Below, in pieces: positions 50,501 to 59,154 of a stretch of DNA of 64,000 bases. The DNA lies in contig CBDCTZ010000016.1 in NCBI GenBank assembly GCA_965222375.1, forward strand, positions 2,400,001-2,464,000, given 5' to 3'. Position numbers and translations under genes: made by a program. This DNA comes from Polyangiaceae bacterium. GTDB taxonomy: Bacteria > Myxococcota_A > Polyangia > Polyangiales > Polyangiaceae. Position 1 is the stretch's first letter. The number at the start of each line of letters is the position of its first letter. The notes under the pieces are model-generated. The model saw nothing but the letters and a program-made list of their open reading frames with translations, was not told the DNA's origin and ran no database searches.

Positions 50501-52287
50501 GCGGCGGAAAAGGAAAACGAAATCCACCGCGAGTGCGCATGGGTGCTGTGGGCGTTACGCCTGAGCGATTGCCGAAAGAAGTCGTGCGGCGCATCCTTCG
50601 CCAGAACTTCGGACGCTATCGGCTGTGTTACGAGCAGGGCCTCAAGCGCAACCCGAACCTCGAGGGTGACGTGAACCTCGCGTTCACCATCAACCGCTCA
50701 GGCACTGTGAGCGCTGTTTCGACGGCGGGGTCTTCGCTGCCCGACGCTGGCTCCAAGGGCTGCATCAGCCGGGCCATCTACGGTGTGAGCTTCCCGCAGC
50801 CCGAGGGCGGGACCACGCGAGCTCGACTCAAGGTCAGCTTCACCCCGCCGGAGCCAGCACCGGCGCCCGCCGCAGAAGTCACGGCGAATGCCCTGACCAC
50901 CTTCGTCGCCGTCGACTTTCTGCCGCGCACGGTGCGCTACTGCAGCCGAGCTGCGGACCAGCCGCTATTCGAGCGCATGGCGCTCTGGCGCGAACGGCTT
51001 GGCCAGAACACCACGCCGGCGACGGCCTTGACGGTGTATCGCCGGGCGCTGGCTCTGTGCGAGGCGCCGAGCTGGCGGGAGCGTCGGATCCTGCTTTCGA
51101 TGATGCTGAACGCGCTGGGCAAAGTCGAAAAGCGCGTCGCGGTGTGGCGGGCGCTATCTCGCGACACCAAGGCGGCTGACACCTTCTATCGCGGATTGGT
51201 CGCTCGGGTCCGCTCCGCGGACGACCGCCGGCGACTGTTCGCTGCTCTGGGCTTGAAGAGCGCCGACCCCGCTGCGATCGAAGCCATCGTTGCCAAGACC
51301 GACGACACGAAAGAACGCGTCAAGAAGCTGCGTGCGCTGCGCAAAGAGTACCCCGGCGACTTCCCGCTCGCTTTGCGGCTGATGGAAGCCATGGAGGATG
51401 CCGGGGACCTCACAGCGGCCCGCGCCCTGGCCGACTCGCTCAGAAAACGTCCCGACGCCGATTCCCTGGTGCGCTCCGCGGTCGGCGAGTTCTACCTGCG
51501 TTTGGCCCGTCGCGATGCGCCCCGCAAAGTGGCCCACGAGGCCATGGCTAAGCGCGCGTTTGGCGAAATCGTCGAGTTTGCCCCGGACGACCCGGTTGCG
51601 CGACGTTTGTTGGGCGACCTGTTGCGCGCCCACGGGTGGCATTCCCAGGCCCGGCGTCAGTACGAGACCCTGGAACGCTTGACGCCCGACGACGCGAGCG
51701 TGCCGTTGCTCCTGGCCCTGGCAGCGCAGGGCGAGGGCCAGCTCGAAGCGGCGGTTAGGTTCACGGAAAAGGGTACCGGTGCAGGCGCTCCGGATGCGTC
51801 TCAGGGTCCGGCGGCAACCAGTCGCGCGCTGGCCCAAGTGTTTCTTGCCTGGGGGCGCGCCGACGCGAAGCGAAAGCGGCAAACCAAAGAGCTTGCGACC
51901 CTGCGGGCGCGTGCCAAGAGCCTGTTCGCCGCTGGCCGTACCAACCCCGGACAAGTCCGCTTGACCGTTACGTGGACGCATCCGGAATTGCACCCAATGG
52001 TGTTCACGGGACGAGAGAAGGCGCGTTTGCCGGCCCCAGAAGGGGACGTCACTTTGGGCTTGGCCCAAGCCTTCCTGCCCAAGTCCGCAGCCCACGTGGT
52101 CGAGTTGCGCCTGCAACCCAAGGACGCGCGGCATGCGGCTCGCCTAGGGGCGACTCTGATGCTGACGGCTGTATTCGATGAGCTCGGCGCCAAGGAACGC
52201 ATCGTGGTTGTCCCCGTGAAGTTCGAACCTGGCGGGGACAACATCCTCCGCTTCCGGATCGCCGATGGTGAGGTGACTCGTGGCTAA
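47527..52287 (+). CDS. Giant lipoprotein: FecR-like + VIT + VWA + Gly-rich AgmX/PglI-like region + TonB-C-like domain + TPR
   Basis: Lipobox LLGC; TEVDQRFFN..EGIYRF (VIT); IVVDSS, GGATDL, YIGDG (VWA); KEGGTGTRAKGEEGSMG; VVRRILRQNFGRYRLCYEQGLKRNPNLEG; helical repeats. Confidence 0.85.
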   Translation: MGLSDGSVRTAVRVVLWFALLALLGCGKKDELVSRGQSFAELREIRSGASVTLPGDAARSPYPRERLVDGTRVDVQESGLVWLRRDSGARLLVAGPATFTLGVDSIDFEAGRVFVDAPLGVAVRLDTPSGRLTPSNVRASIDIGATTRAYVLRGELAVADLRVRAGEELTLQAEKSSVAPVVAWNDWTGGLATADESAAPSPFGVGTVGARDPGQKGKPRFPLSIQRLDVSVRVEGDFVVTEVDQRFFNPASKKVEGIYRFRAPRGASIQRFGVDRAGKVAWGRVKESAAASAQYQSNVYAGSTEDPALLEWDGPGSYRARLYPIGPGETRRVVVRYTEWLSRTGPKGERRLYVYPMAASGAEASLPRIENFSLSVQFGLARAKDVRVGMKAERRGNEILVSEHDFIPRSDFFLELFDDGLTHLTAYRAKHDPDLKVLPPSDRARARESASKEAPYVLIPVRAQDLPKPEGGLDLAIVVDSSAANDAGAMALAKAATNALLSHLSPRDRARIWSGADGLRPLLPDVKGPVAVDAKLRQRVSIALSSLERGGATDLGGMLAEAARGLDPERRGAVVYIGDGRPTVGELGLKDLNERLAALPRPVRVFSLGIGGETNMGLLRGVARGGFAERVDDAHQAAEVALSVFEQAERPAWLGVKMDLGPNVERVLPKDASTLVAGETTWVVARVTGTLPKSVKLTRFGGEVREHRLELRKLDDQGDLRRRWADLRLSELLEEGVGRAALVDLGMRYGVITPVTSFYVPTTRELRKEAKERRRRKRSFNALSGEDDDVDEITLELEAEEEADNKEGGTGTRAKGEEGSMGKASSKLTNKRYAVRGPADNPDPNVARKAALAEAQEFGMVGLLNAGAAGEAPAAAAAPEPAQDAPPKPMEQQAEVLKVPPAKNEPTDLPTAPWGGDDSLARDKTGTHKAQGNMWGAEIGDAFGSGGLGLKGIGEGGGGRDEGIGLGDIGTLGHGAGTGTGQGFGSGHGRLGGGKGKRNPPRVRMGAVGVTPERLPKEVVRRILRQNFGRYRLCYEQGLKRNPNLEGDVNLAFTINRSGTVSAVSTAGSSLPDAGSKGCISRAIYGVSFPQPEGGTTRARLKVSFTPPEPAPAPAAEVTANALTTFVAVDFLPRTVRYCSRAADQPLFERMALWRERLGQNTTPATALTVYRRALALCEAPSWRERRILLSMMLNALGKVEKRVAVWRALSRDTKAADTFYRGLVARVRSADDRRRLFAALGLKSADPAAIEAIVAKTDDTKERVKKLRALRKEYPGDFPLALRLMEAMEDAGDLTAARALADSLRKRPDADSLVRSAVGEFYLRLARRDAPRKVAHEAMAKRAFGEIVEFAPDDPVARRLLGDLLRAHGWHSQARRQYETLERLTPDDASVPLLLALAAQGEGQLEAAVRFTEKGTGAGAPDASQGPAATSRALAQVFLAWGRADAKRKRQTKELATLRARAKSLFAAGRTNPGQVRLTVTWTHPELHPMVFTGREKARLPAPEGDVTLGLAQAFLPKSAAHVVELRLQPKDARHAARLGATLMLTAVFDELGAKERIVVVPVKFEPGGDNILRFRIADGEVTRG

Positions 52288-55200
52288 GCGAGCTCTTCGC
52301 ATCATCTTGGCGCTCTCGGCCGTGGCCGCGGTCGCCTTCGGTGTATACCGACTCACCCGCCAACATGTTGACGTCCTGCCTCCCACCGTCGCCGACGTGG
52401 AGGTCGTTCATGCAGGAGTGAGCATTGCGGGGGTCGACGCTCGAGGGCGAGTTCGTGCCAGCGCTGGCAACGTCGTCGCCACCGACGCGGATGGTCGGGC
52501 ACGGGTGCGCCTGGACCAGGGCACGGTGATGCTGCTGGACCGCGACAGCGCCGTCGAACTCGGTCCCGAGCGGGTCACGCTGCAAAAGGGGCGGCTGTTC
52601 GCCCTATCCCGAGGTCAAAGCTCCGCTCACATCGCGGTGGGCGCCGCAGAGGTCTTCGGCAAGAACGCAAACCTCGGTGTGGAAGCCCAAGAAGGCGGCT
52701 CTCGTATCTACTCCGCCAACGAGGAGATCACGGTCACCGCGAGCGGCAAGGAGCACAAGGTTCGCCCTGGGGAGTCCGCAATCGTGCGGGGTTCCGAGGT
52801 CAAGGTGGTGCCGGAAAAAGCCTTCGACGATTGGACGGGCGGCTTGGCAGCGCCCTTCCTGTCCAACAAGAGCAGCGTGGGTCAGCTTTGGGGGAGGGCG
52901 TCCGGCGCTCCGCTCACAGACCCCGCGACTCCGCTGACTCTTCGCTCTCAGGAAGTCAGCGTGAAGGTGCTAGGCGAGGCGGCTGAGACGAAAGTGGTCA
53001 CCACCTACTTCAACGGTGGCAGCAAGACCGTCACCGGCGACTTTCGCATGGCGCTGCCGGAGCAGGCCATCGTTTCAGCGGTGAGCTGGGGTCGTGGGGA
53101 CGAAGTCCAGGACATGGAAATCGCGCTGGCTAAGAGGGAGCAGATCACGCTCAGAGCAAACGGTCCGCTGATCGAGTGGGCAGGCCGGGGGTTCCTGCGG
53201 GGCACGCTGCCCAGGATCGCCAGCGGAGACACCGCCACCATCTCCGTCACCTACGTCGAGTGGCTGCCTTTGCGCTACGACAAAAGCGGGCGCGCGCGGA
53301 TGCAATACCGTTACCCCTTGGCGGGCCCGCCGGATGCGCCGCCCATTCCCGAACTCGGAATTCGAATGGACGCGTCGGCCGCCAAACCCACGGCCATCGC
53401 CGCCGGCCTGGGTGCCAAAGTATCAGGTGCCAAGGTATCGCTCCGGCGACCGGACTACCGGCCCACGGCGGATTTCGTCGTCGACCTAGTGGTACCGCCC
53501 TTCGAATCCAAGGCACGGATGTACGTGGCCTCGGGGGAAAAGGCCGGGGATCCCCGCACGGTGTTGGTGCGAGTGGACTTGCCAGAGCCCGAAGCCGCCG
53601 AGGGAGCCACCCTCGTGCTGGTGCTCGACACTTCGGGCAGTTCGGAGCCAGGCCAGCTCGAGGTTGCGCGGGGCTTCGTGCGCGCCGTGATGGACGCCCT
53701 TGGGCCCCGAGACAAGTTGGCGGTCGTTGCGGGAGACCAGAGCGCGCGGGTGATCGGTGCCAAGGGTGTTGGACCAGCCACGCCGGATCGTCGCAAGGCC
53801 ATCTCGAATGCTCTGGATGAGCTGTCTCCGGGCGGGGCTACGAACCTTTCGGATATGTTGGACTTTGCTGCCGGGCTCGTGCCCGACGAGCCGTCGGCGA
53901 CGGTTGTCTATGTCGGTGATGGCTATGCCACGGCGGGACAGTCCAACGCGGAGAAGCTGATCGAGAAGCTGTCGCAGCGCCCAGGTGGGCTGCCGAGGCT
54001 GTCCGCGGTTGCGGTGGGACCCGTCGTCAATGTGCGCACCTTGCGCGCGCTGTCGCGTAGCGCAGGGAGCTACTTCGCGGTGCAGGACTCGCGAGAAGCT
54101 GCGGGTGCCGCGACGGCGCTCATTGAGCACGCCCTCGTGCCCAGCGTTTCGAACGTCGAGGTCGACTTGGGGCCTGATGTCGAGCAGGTGTATCCCCGCA
54201 CACGGCGCTCGGTGCCTTTGGGGGAGCCCTTCATTCTGGTCGGCAAGTTGCGCGGCATGGCGCCGAGCGCTGCGCGGGTCAGCTACCGCCACCGGGGCGA
54301 GGTGAAGACCGAGCGCCGGCTGTTGGCCTGGCGGACGGCCCCGCGCACGGACGACGTCGCGAGGCGCTGGGCTCAAGCGCGAGTCGATGACGTGTTGCGC
54401 ACGGGCAAAGGCCGCGAAGCGGTCACGGACGTGGCGCTCTCGGTGGGGCTGCTCACTCCGTGGACAGCCTTTCATCGCACGCCCTCGCCATACGTAGCGA
54501 CGCACCCGGCGGTGCGCATGCTCGCGCCACAGCACGAGGCGGACTTCAGCTTCGGCACCCACGCGGTTCGCGGCGCAGTGTTGAGCGGAGCCTTGTCCGG
54601 GAAGGGCGCAGCGACTGCGGCGTCTGACCTAGAAGCTCTGGTGGTTCACCGGGTCGGGGCACGCCTGGAGGACGCCTACCGAGAGATCACGGCCTGCAGA
54701 AACTCCCGCGCCGCAGGCAGATCGGAGCTGGCCGGCAATCTGCGGGTACAGATGGAAGTGGACGGCGACGGGCGCGCGAAGAAGGTGCGGGTCCGCGGCC
54801 GCGATCGGTTTTCGGATGACCCATCCGTCAATCTCTGTGTCGAGCTGGCCCTCGCTGCGCGGCGCTATCCGCAAAGCGGCTTGGGCGTCGTGGTGCGCGT
54901 CGACTACGATCTGGCTCTGCCACCTCCGAAGCGCGCCCGCGCAGCCAAGTGTTCGGAGGCATCGAAGACGGCGCTTCCGTATCGCCGCGGCGTTTGGCAT
55001 GTGCGGCTTTCCTCTGCCGAGCCTTTGGATGTCTACATGGCGGCGAAACGCTCCTGCGAACTCAGGAGTTGGGCGGACCGGCGCGCCCTGTTGGAATTGA
55101 TGTTGAACGCACGTCGGGACGGGCCTCGTCGCGTCAAACTAGCTGTCGCGCTGATGCGGGAAGGAGAGGCGGATGCCGCAGACTTCGTGCGCAAGGAGGC

Positions 55201-56251
55201 CGTGCGCAGAGCGAGGTCGCCCCAGGAACTTGCATCCGTTCGCGCCGCCCTATTCGGTGCCGAGCGTCTCCCATGGCCCGCTTTCGTGAAGGCCTACAAG
55301 GCGGAAAAGAGCGACTCGGCTCGCCTGGCGGTGGTGCGACGTTTTCTGACCGTCGCGCCCCACGACCCGAGGCTGCGTGCGCGTTTGGTTGCGTTGCTCG
55401 AAAGCACCGGAGACAAGGACGGGCTACTGGACGAAGCGCGCCGGGCGCGAAGCGACGCCTTCGCGCCCGTGGAGCTATTGGCGGAGATTGCGTCTGCGCT
55501 CAATCGAGCGAAGCGGGAGCAGCAAGCACGCCGAACCTTTGGTGAAATCGCCGAGCGTGCGCCCTTCGATCCCTGGGCGCGCGCTTTCCTGGGGGATCGC
55601 TTGATGAACGAAGGCTTCAGCGAGGCCGCCACCGCTCACTATGCCGTGCTGGAGAGCCTCGCCCCGGACGACCCGAGCGTGATCGTGCGGTTGGCGCGTG
55701 CTCATGCGAAGGCGGGGCGAATCGATGTGGCTCGGCGACTCTTGCTGCGCGTGGTGGAAACCGGCGGCCGGGATGGCAACGCGGAGGTGGCTCACCTCGC
55801 CGGTCGGCTGGCTTCCGTTCTGCTGGCCGAGGCGCGTGCTGGGAAACACTCCCCCGAGACGCTCGCCACGTTGAAGGCACACTCCTTGGAGCTGCCTCGG
55901 GGCTTGGGGCGGGTGGCCCTGCTCGTCCGGGCCCCCGGGGGTCAGCCGGCGCTGAAGATGAGCATGACGCGCTCGGGGCCCGCCGGAAAGGACGTGATGC
56001 CCGCCGACGTCACCGCGTCCAATGCCGGACTGTATTTGTTCTCCTTCGAGGGCAGCGCCGAAGAAGTCAGCTTGGAGATCGAACGAACCGAGGAACTCAC
56101 GCCGTCTCGCACCATGCCCATTCGAGTCACTGCCCTTGCCTACGGCAACGAGCCGGATGCGCTACCAGACGTGAAGAGCCTCGGCGTCGAGCTGACCGCG
56201 CAGGGCAAACCTCGAGAAGTGCAATGGAGGGGCGGTGTGCTCAGCCTCTAG
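52280..56251 (+). CDS. Giant membrane-anchored paralogue: FecR-like + VIT + VWA + TonB-C-like + TPR
   Basis: N-terminal TM; TDADGRARVRLDQGT..LDRDS (FecR-like); AETKVVTTYFNG (VIT); VLDTSGS, GGATNL, YVGDG (VWA); RRTFGEIAERAPFDP; overlaps the upstream stop. Confidence 0.85.
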   Translation: MAKRALRIILALSAVAAVAFGVYRLTRQHVDVLPPTVADVEVVHAGVSIAGVDARGRVRASAGNVVATDADGRARVRLDQGTVMLLDRDSAVELGPERVTLQKGRLFALSRGQSSAHIAVGAAEVFGKNANLGVEAQEGGSRIYSANEEITVTASGKEHKVRPGESAIVRGSEVKVVPEKAFDDWTGGLAAPFLSNKSSVGQLWGRASGAPLTDPATPLTLRSQEVSVKVLGEAAETKVVTTYFNGGSKTVTGDFRMALPEQAIVSAVSWGRGDEVQDMEIALAKREQITLRANGPLIEWAGRGFLRGTLPRIASGDTATISVTYVEWLPLRYDKSGRARMQYRYPLAGPPDAPPIPELGIRMDASAAKPTAIAAGLGAKVSGAKVSLRRPDYRPTADFVVDLVVPPFESKARMYVASGEKAGDPRTVLVRVDLPEPEAAEGATLVLVLDTSGSSEPGQLEVARGFVRAVMDALGPRDKLAVVAGDQSARVIGAKGVGPATPDRRKAISNALDELSPGGATNLSDMLDFAAGLVPDEPSATVVYVGDGYATAGQSNAEKLIEKLSQRPGGLPRLSAVAVGPVVNVRTLRALSRSAGSYFAVQDSREAAGAATALIEHALVPSVSNVEVDLGPDVEQVYPRTRRSVPLGEPFILVGKLRGMAPSAARVSYRHRGEVKTERRLLAWRTAPRTDDVARRWAQARVDDVLRTGKGREAVTDVALSVGLLTPWTAFHRTPSPYVATHPAVRMLAPQHEADFSFGTHAVRGAVLSGALSGKGAATAASDLEALVVHRVGARLEDAYREITACRNSRAAGRSELAGNLRVQMEVDGDGRAKKVRVRGRDRFSDDPSVNLCVELALAARRYPQSGLGVVVRVDYDLALPPPKRARAAKCSEASKTALPYRRGVWHVRLSSAEPLDVYMAAKRSCELRSWADRRALLELMLNARRDGPRRVKLAVALMREGEADAADFVRKEAVRRARSPQELASVRAALFGAERLPWPAFVKAYKAEKSDSARLAVVRRFLTVAPHDPRLRARLVALLESTGDKDGLLDEARRARSDAFAPVELLAEIASALNRAKREQQARRTFGEIAERAPFDPWARAFLGDRLMNEGFSEAATAHYAVLESLAPDDPSVIVRLARAHAKAGRIDVARRLLLRVVETGGRDGNAEVAHLAGRLASVLLAEARAGKHSPETLATLKAHSLELPRGLGRVALLVRAPGGQPALKMSMTRSGPAGKDVMPADVTASNAGLYLFSFEGSAEEVSLEIERTEELTPSRTMPIRVTALAYGNEPDALPDVKSLGVELTAQGKPREVQWRGGVLSL

Positions 56252-56299
56252 CCTCGTGGACTCAGCCCACAGGCGCGGCGCGCAGTGTGAACCGCGAGA

Positions 56300-56896
56300 T
56301 CAGCAGGAACTCAGGCAGCTGGAGGAACCGTTGCAGGGTGCACACGCGTGCCAATCGCAAGTCGCCTTGTTGCAGTACTGCCACTTGTCGGTGCCGCAAC
56401 ACTGAAACTCGCTGCCGCCGTTGTACACGCACTTGGCGCCGGTCTTCAAACCACAAGCCCCCCAGGTGCAATCGTTGGCGCACTTCTTCGCTTCGCAGAC
56501 GTCGGAGCACGCGGCCGTATCCTCGTCTCCCGGATTGCAGGCCTTCTGGTCCTCGCACTGCTCGGGCCCCCACTGACCGTTCGAGTCGCAGGTCTGGCGT
56601 TTGGTGCCACACTTGGCACAGGAGCCAACGTCCTTCTTCTCATTGGGCGTGCAGCTGCCCGTCGAGCCTCCCGTTGCGGCGCCGGCACTGCCAGCGCTGC
56701 CCGCAGCACCTGCAAAACCACCCGCGGCGCCAGCTCCGGAGCTGCCGCTCGCTCCACCTGTGTTGCCTCCGCTGCCGGCCGCGCCTGCATCGTCCAAAAG
56801 CTCGTTCGTCGCGACGTAGGTGTCGTCGGAGCAACTGGCACTCGCGACGACAGCCATGAGTCCGATCGCGGCGACCTGAATTCGAGCCTTCAACAT
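56300..56896 (-). CDS. Cys-rich repeat lipoprotein
   Basis: Lipobox ASASC; Gly linker; CTP..C.KCG..TC..W repeats; CCGTDKWQYC. Confidence 0.75.
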   Translation of the reverse strand: MLKARIQVAAIGLMAVVASASCSDDTYVATNELLDDAGAAGSGGNTGGASGSSGAGAAGGFAGAAGSAGSAGAATGGSTGSCTPNEKKDVGSCAKCGTKRQTCDSNGQWGPEQCEDQKACNPGDEDTAACSDVCEAKKCANDCTWGACGLKTGAKCVYNGGSEFQCCGTDKWQYCNKATCDWHACAPCNGSSSCLSSC

Positions 56897-57729
56897 GCGT
56901 TCAGACATCCCGATGATCCATTACATGACTGACACGGGAACCACTGGCAACTAGAACTGCAAAACTGCCACTTATCGGTACCACAACACTTGAAGTTCGT
57001 TCCGGATTGGTAGTTGCACTGGTTGCCGCTCTTCAGCTGGCACGCGCCCCACGTACAGTTGCTCTGGCACACCTTTTGGGAACACGAGTCGCATCCGCCC
57101 GCCTGGGTCGTGCCGGCCTTGCAGACGCCTTCTCCCGTGCAACCTAGGAAACCGTCCCAGGTGCAGTCGTTGCGGCATGTGCGGGTTTGGCTGCCGCAGT
57201 TGCCACAGGGTTGCGTCTCCTTCTGCCCGGGGGTGCACACGCCGCCGGGCACGCAGGTCGACCAGCCGCCCCAGGTGCAGCCGCTTTCGCACTTTCTGGT
57301 TTGGGCGCCGCAGCTGGTTCCGCAGGGTTGGGTCTGCATCTCCCCCGCTTTGCACGCGCCCTGGTTTTCACAGGTCGGGGCGTTCCATTGCCCGGCGGAT
57401 GAACAGGTTCGCTCACTAGTCCCGCATTTGTCACACGCCCCGAGGTTCTGCTTCTCTCCGGGCGTGCAGGGGCCGCCCGGCAGCGCGCCCGTGCCGGCAG
57501 TGCCCGCGCTGCCCGCGAGCCCGGCACTGCCGCCGGCCCCCGCGGCCGCCGCCTGGCCGCCGCTGCCCGAGGTGCCCCAGCCCGAGTCGTTGACGCTCAC
57601 GCCCGCGTCCTTGCCACCCGTGCCAACGAAAGGAGGGTCCTTGTCCTCGAGTTCTTCGGTGCCGAACGCACAGCCCGCCGCCGAGCCAGCTAGTAGCCCC
57701 AGGTAAACGCGAACCCAATACCTATGCAC
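56890..57729 (-). CDS. Cys-rich repeat lipoprotein, tandem paralogue of the downstream gene
   Basis: GTG start; lipobox AAGC; four C.PG/AG..CG.CG..R.C...C.W repeats; CCGTDKWQFC. Confidence 0.78.
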   Translation of the reverse strand: MHRYWVRVYLGLLAGSAAGCAFGTEELEDKDPPFVGTGGKDAGVSVNDSGWGTSGSGGQAAAAGAGGSAGLAGSAGTAGTGALPGGPCTPGEKQNLGACDKCGTSERTCSSAGQWNAPTCENQGACKAGEMQTQPCGTSCGAQTRKCESGCTWGGWSTCVPGGVCTPGQKETQPCGNCGSQTRTCRNDCTWDGFLGCTGEGVCKAGTTQAGGCDSCSQKVCQSNCTWGACQLKSGNQCNYQSGTNFKCCGTDKWQFCSSSCQWFPCQSCNGSSGCLNAC

Positions 57730-57873
57730 CGAGGCGCATTTTAGCTCAATTTGGCCGGCTCGGCGTCCGCCGGGGCGGCATTGCGTGGCGCGGGTTGAAA
57801 TAATTCCGAAGCCACGGACGAAAGACCAGGGAGAGCGCGAGATTTTCGCGTCGTTCTTCTCGGAGATATCGTC

Positions 57874-58461
57874 ATGCTGAAACTTTCCACCACACGCTTC
57901 GCCTCCGCCGCCATCGGCAGTTTGCTTCTGATGGGGTGTTCGCCAATCGACCGAGGGTTGTTCGATGCGGGCATCGGACTCTGGGAAGAGGCCACCGCGG
58001 CCGTCAGTCGGATGATCGTTCTCTTCGTCATCGGCGTCGTGCTGGTAGCCCTCGCACCAGCGCGTATGGAGAAACTGGAGTGCGAGATCGCACAGCGACC
58101 GATGCGTTGTTTTGCTCTGGGGTTGGTGACGACCCTGATCGGAGCCGTCCTGGTGATTGCCTTGTGCGTCACGGTTCTCGGCATTCCCATCGCCCTCGCT
58201 GGCGTCGTATTTGCGGCCCTTGCGGGCTACGCCGGGATTTGCGCGGCGCTCGCAACCGTTGGCGGTGCCCTCGTGGGGCACCGAAGCAAGAATGTCTACG
58301 TGCACCTGGCAGTCGGCTGCGCTCTGTGGCTGGTGCTCGGTGGGCTGCCCTGGTTGGGCGAGGCCGTCAGCTTTGCCTTGGCGATGGTGGGTTTTGGGAC
58401 CATTTTCGCGACTCGTTGCGCCGGCCTCGTCGACGAAAAACACTTCTCAGCCTCGACCTGA
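57874..58461 (+). CDS. Multi-pass membrane protein (possibly N-terminally truncated)
   Basis: About five hydrophobic helices, LCVTVLGIP, LPWLG..GFG; resembles membrane tails normally fused to larger proteins. Confidence 0.55.
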   Translation: MLKLSTTRFASAAIGSLLLMGCSPIDRGLFDAGIGLWEEATAAVSRMIVLFVIGVVLVALAPARMEKLECEIAQRPMRCFALGLVTTLIGAVLVIALCVTVLGIPIALAGVVFAALAGYAGICAALATVGGALVGHRSKNVYVHLAVGCALWLVLGGLPWLGEAVSFALAMVGFGTIFATRCAGLVDEKHFSAST

Positions 58462-58498
58462 CTCGACCTCTGCGGATTCGAGCCGTACCCTGGCTGTC

Positions 58499-58735
58499 AT
58501 GGCGAGGAGGCACCGGGTCTGCGGATTCGTCTTGCTCTGCGCGGGCTGTGGCAGCGAGGAAGCTTCGAACCCCGCGAGCGGGGGTTCAGGTACCGGTGCT
58601 GTAGGCGGCACGTCGGGAGCTTCAGGCGGCGGCCAAGGCGCTACTTCTGGGACCGGCTGGGGATGCGCACGCCCCTTATCATTTTCTCGCCGTTCACGAA
58701 GGCCGGCGACGTCAGCCATATCGTCACCGATCTGA
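58499..58735 (+). pseudogene. Truncated Gly-rich lipoprotein remnant
   Basis: MARRHRVCGFVLLCAGCGSEE + GG linker, then no recognisable domain. Confidence 0.4.
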
Positions 58736-58776
58736 CCAGCGTGACGAATGGCTTGCCCTGAGGCGTCACTAGAGCC

Positions 58777-59091
58777 ATGCGCGTCTACGAAGCTCAAGAT
58801 GTCATCGAGGCTCAGCTCGTGCTCGATGTACTTCTAGAAGGCGGGCTGTCTGCCGAGCTGCGCAACGTCAACTTGATTGGTTCCTATCCAGAGGTGCCCG
58901 TGCGTCCCGAAATTTGGCTGACTCGGCCCGAGGATTTCGATGCCGCCCGGGCGTTGATCGACAAGTTCGAAGCCAACCGCAAGACCGTCTTGGACGACGT
59001 TCGTTGTCCCGAGTGTGGGCAGTCGAACCCCGGCAACTTCGAACTGTGTTGGAGCTGCCGAGCGGAGATCCATCCCAAGGACGACGCCTGA
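58777..59091 (+). CDS. DUF2007-like protein with C-terminal zinc ribbon
   Basis: VYEAQDVIEAQLV...L..GL.AELRN; CPECGQSNPGNFELCWSC. Confidence 0.82.
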   Translation: MRVYEAQDVIEAQLVLDVLLEGGLSAELRNVNLIGSYPEVPVRPEIWLTRPEDFDAARALIDKFEANRKTVLDDVRCPECGQSNPGNFELCWSCRAEIHPKDDA

Positions 59092-59154
59092 GCTCATGCC
59101 GGGATCCGAGGCGGAGGCGACAGCGAAGCCACCCAGATCCCTAGCTTTGTGTTT

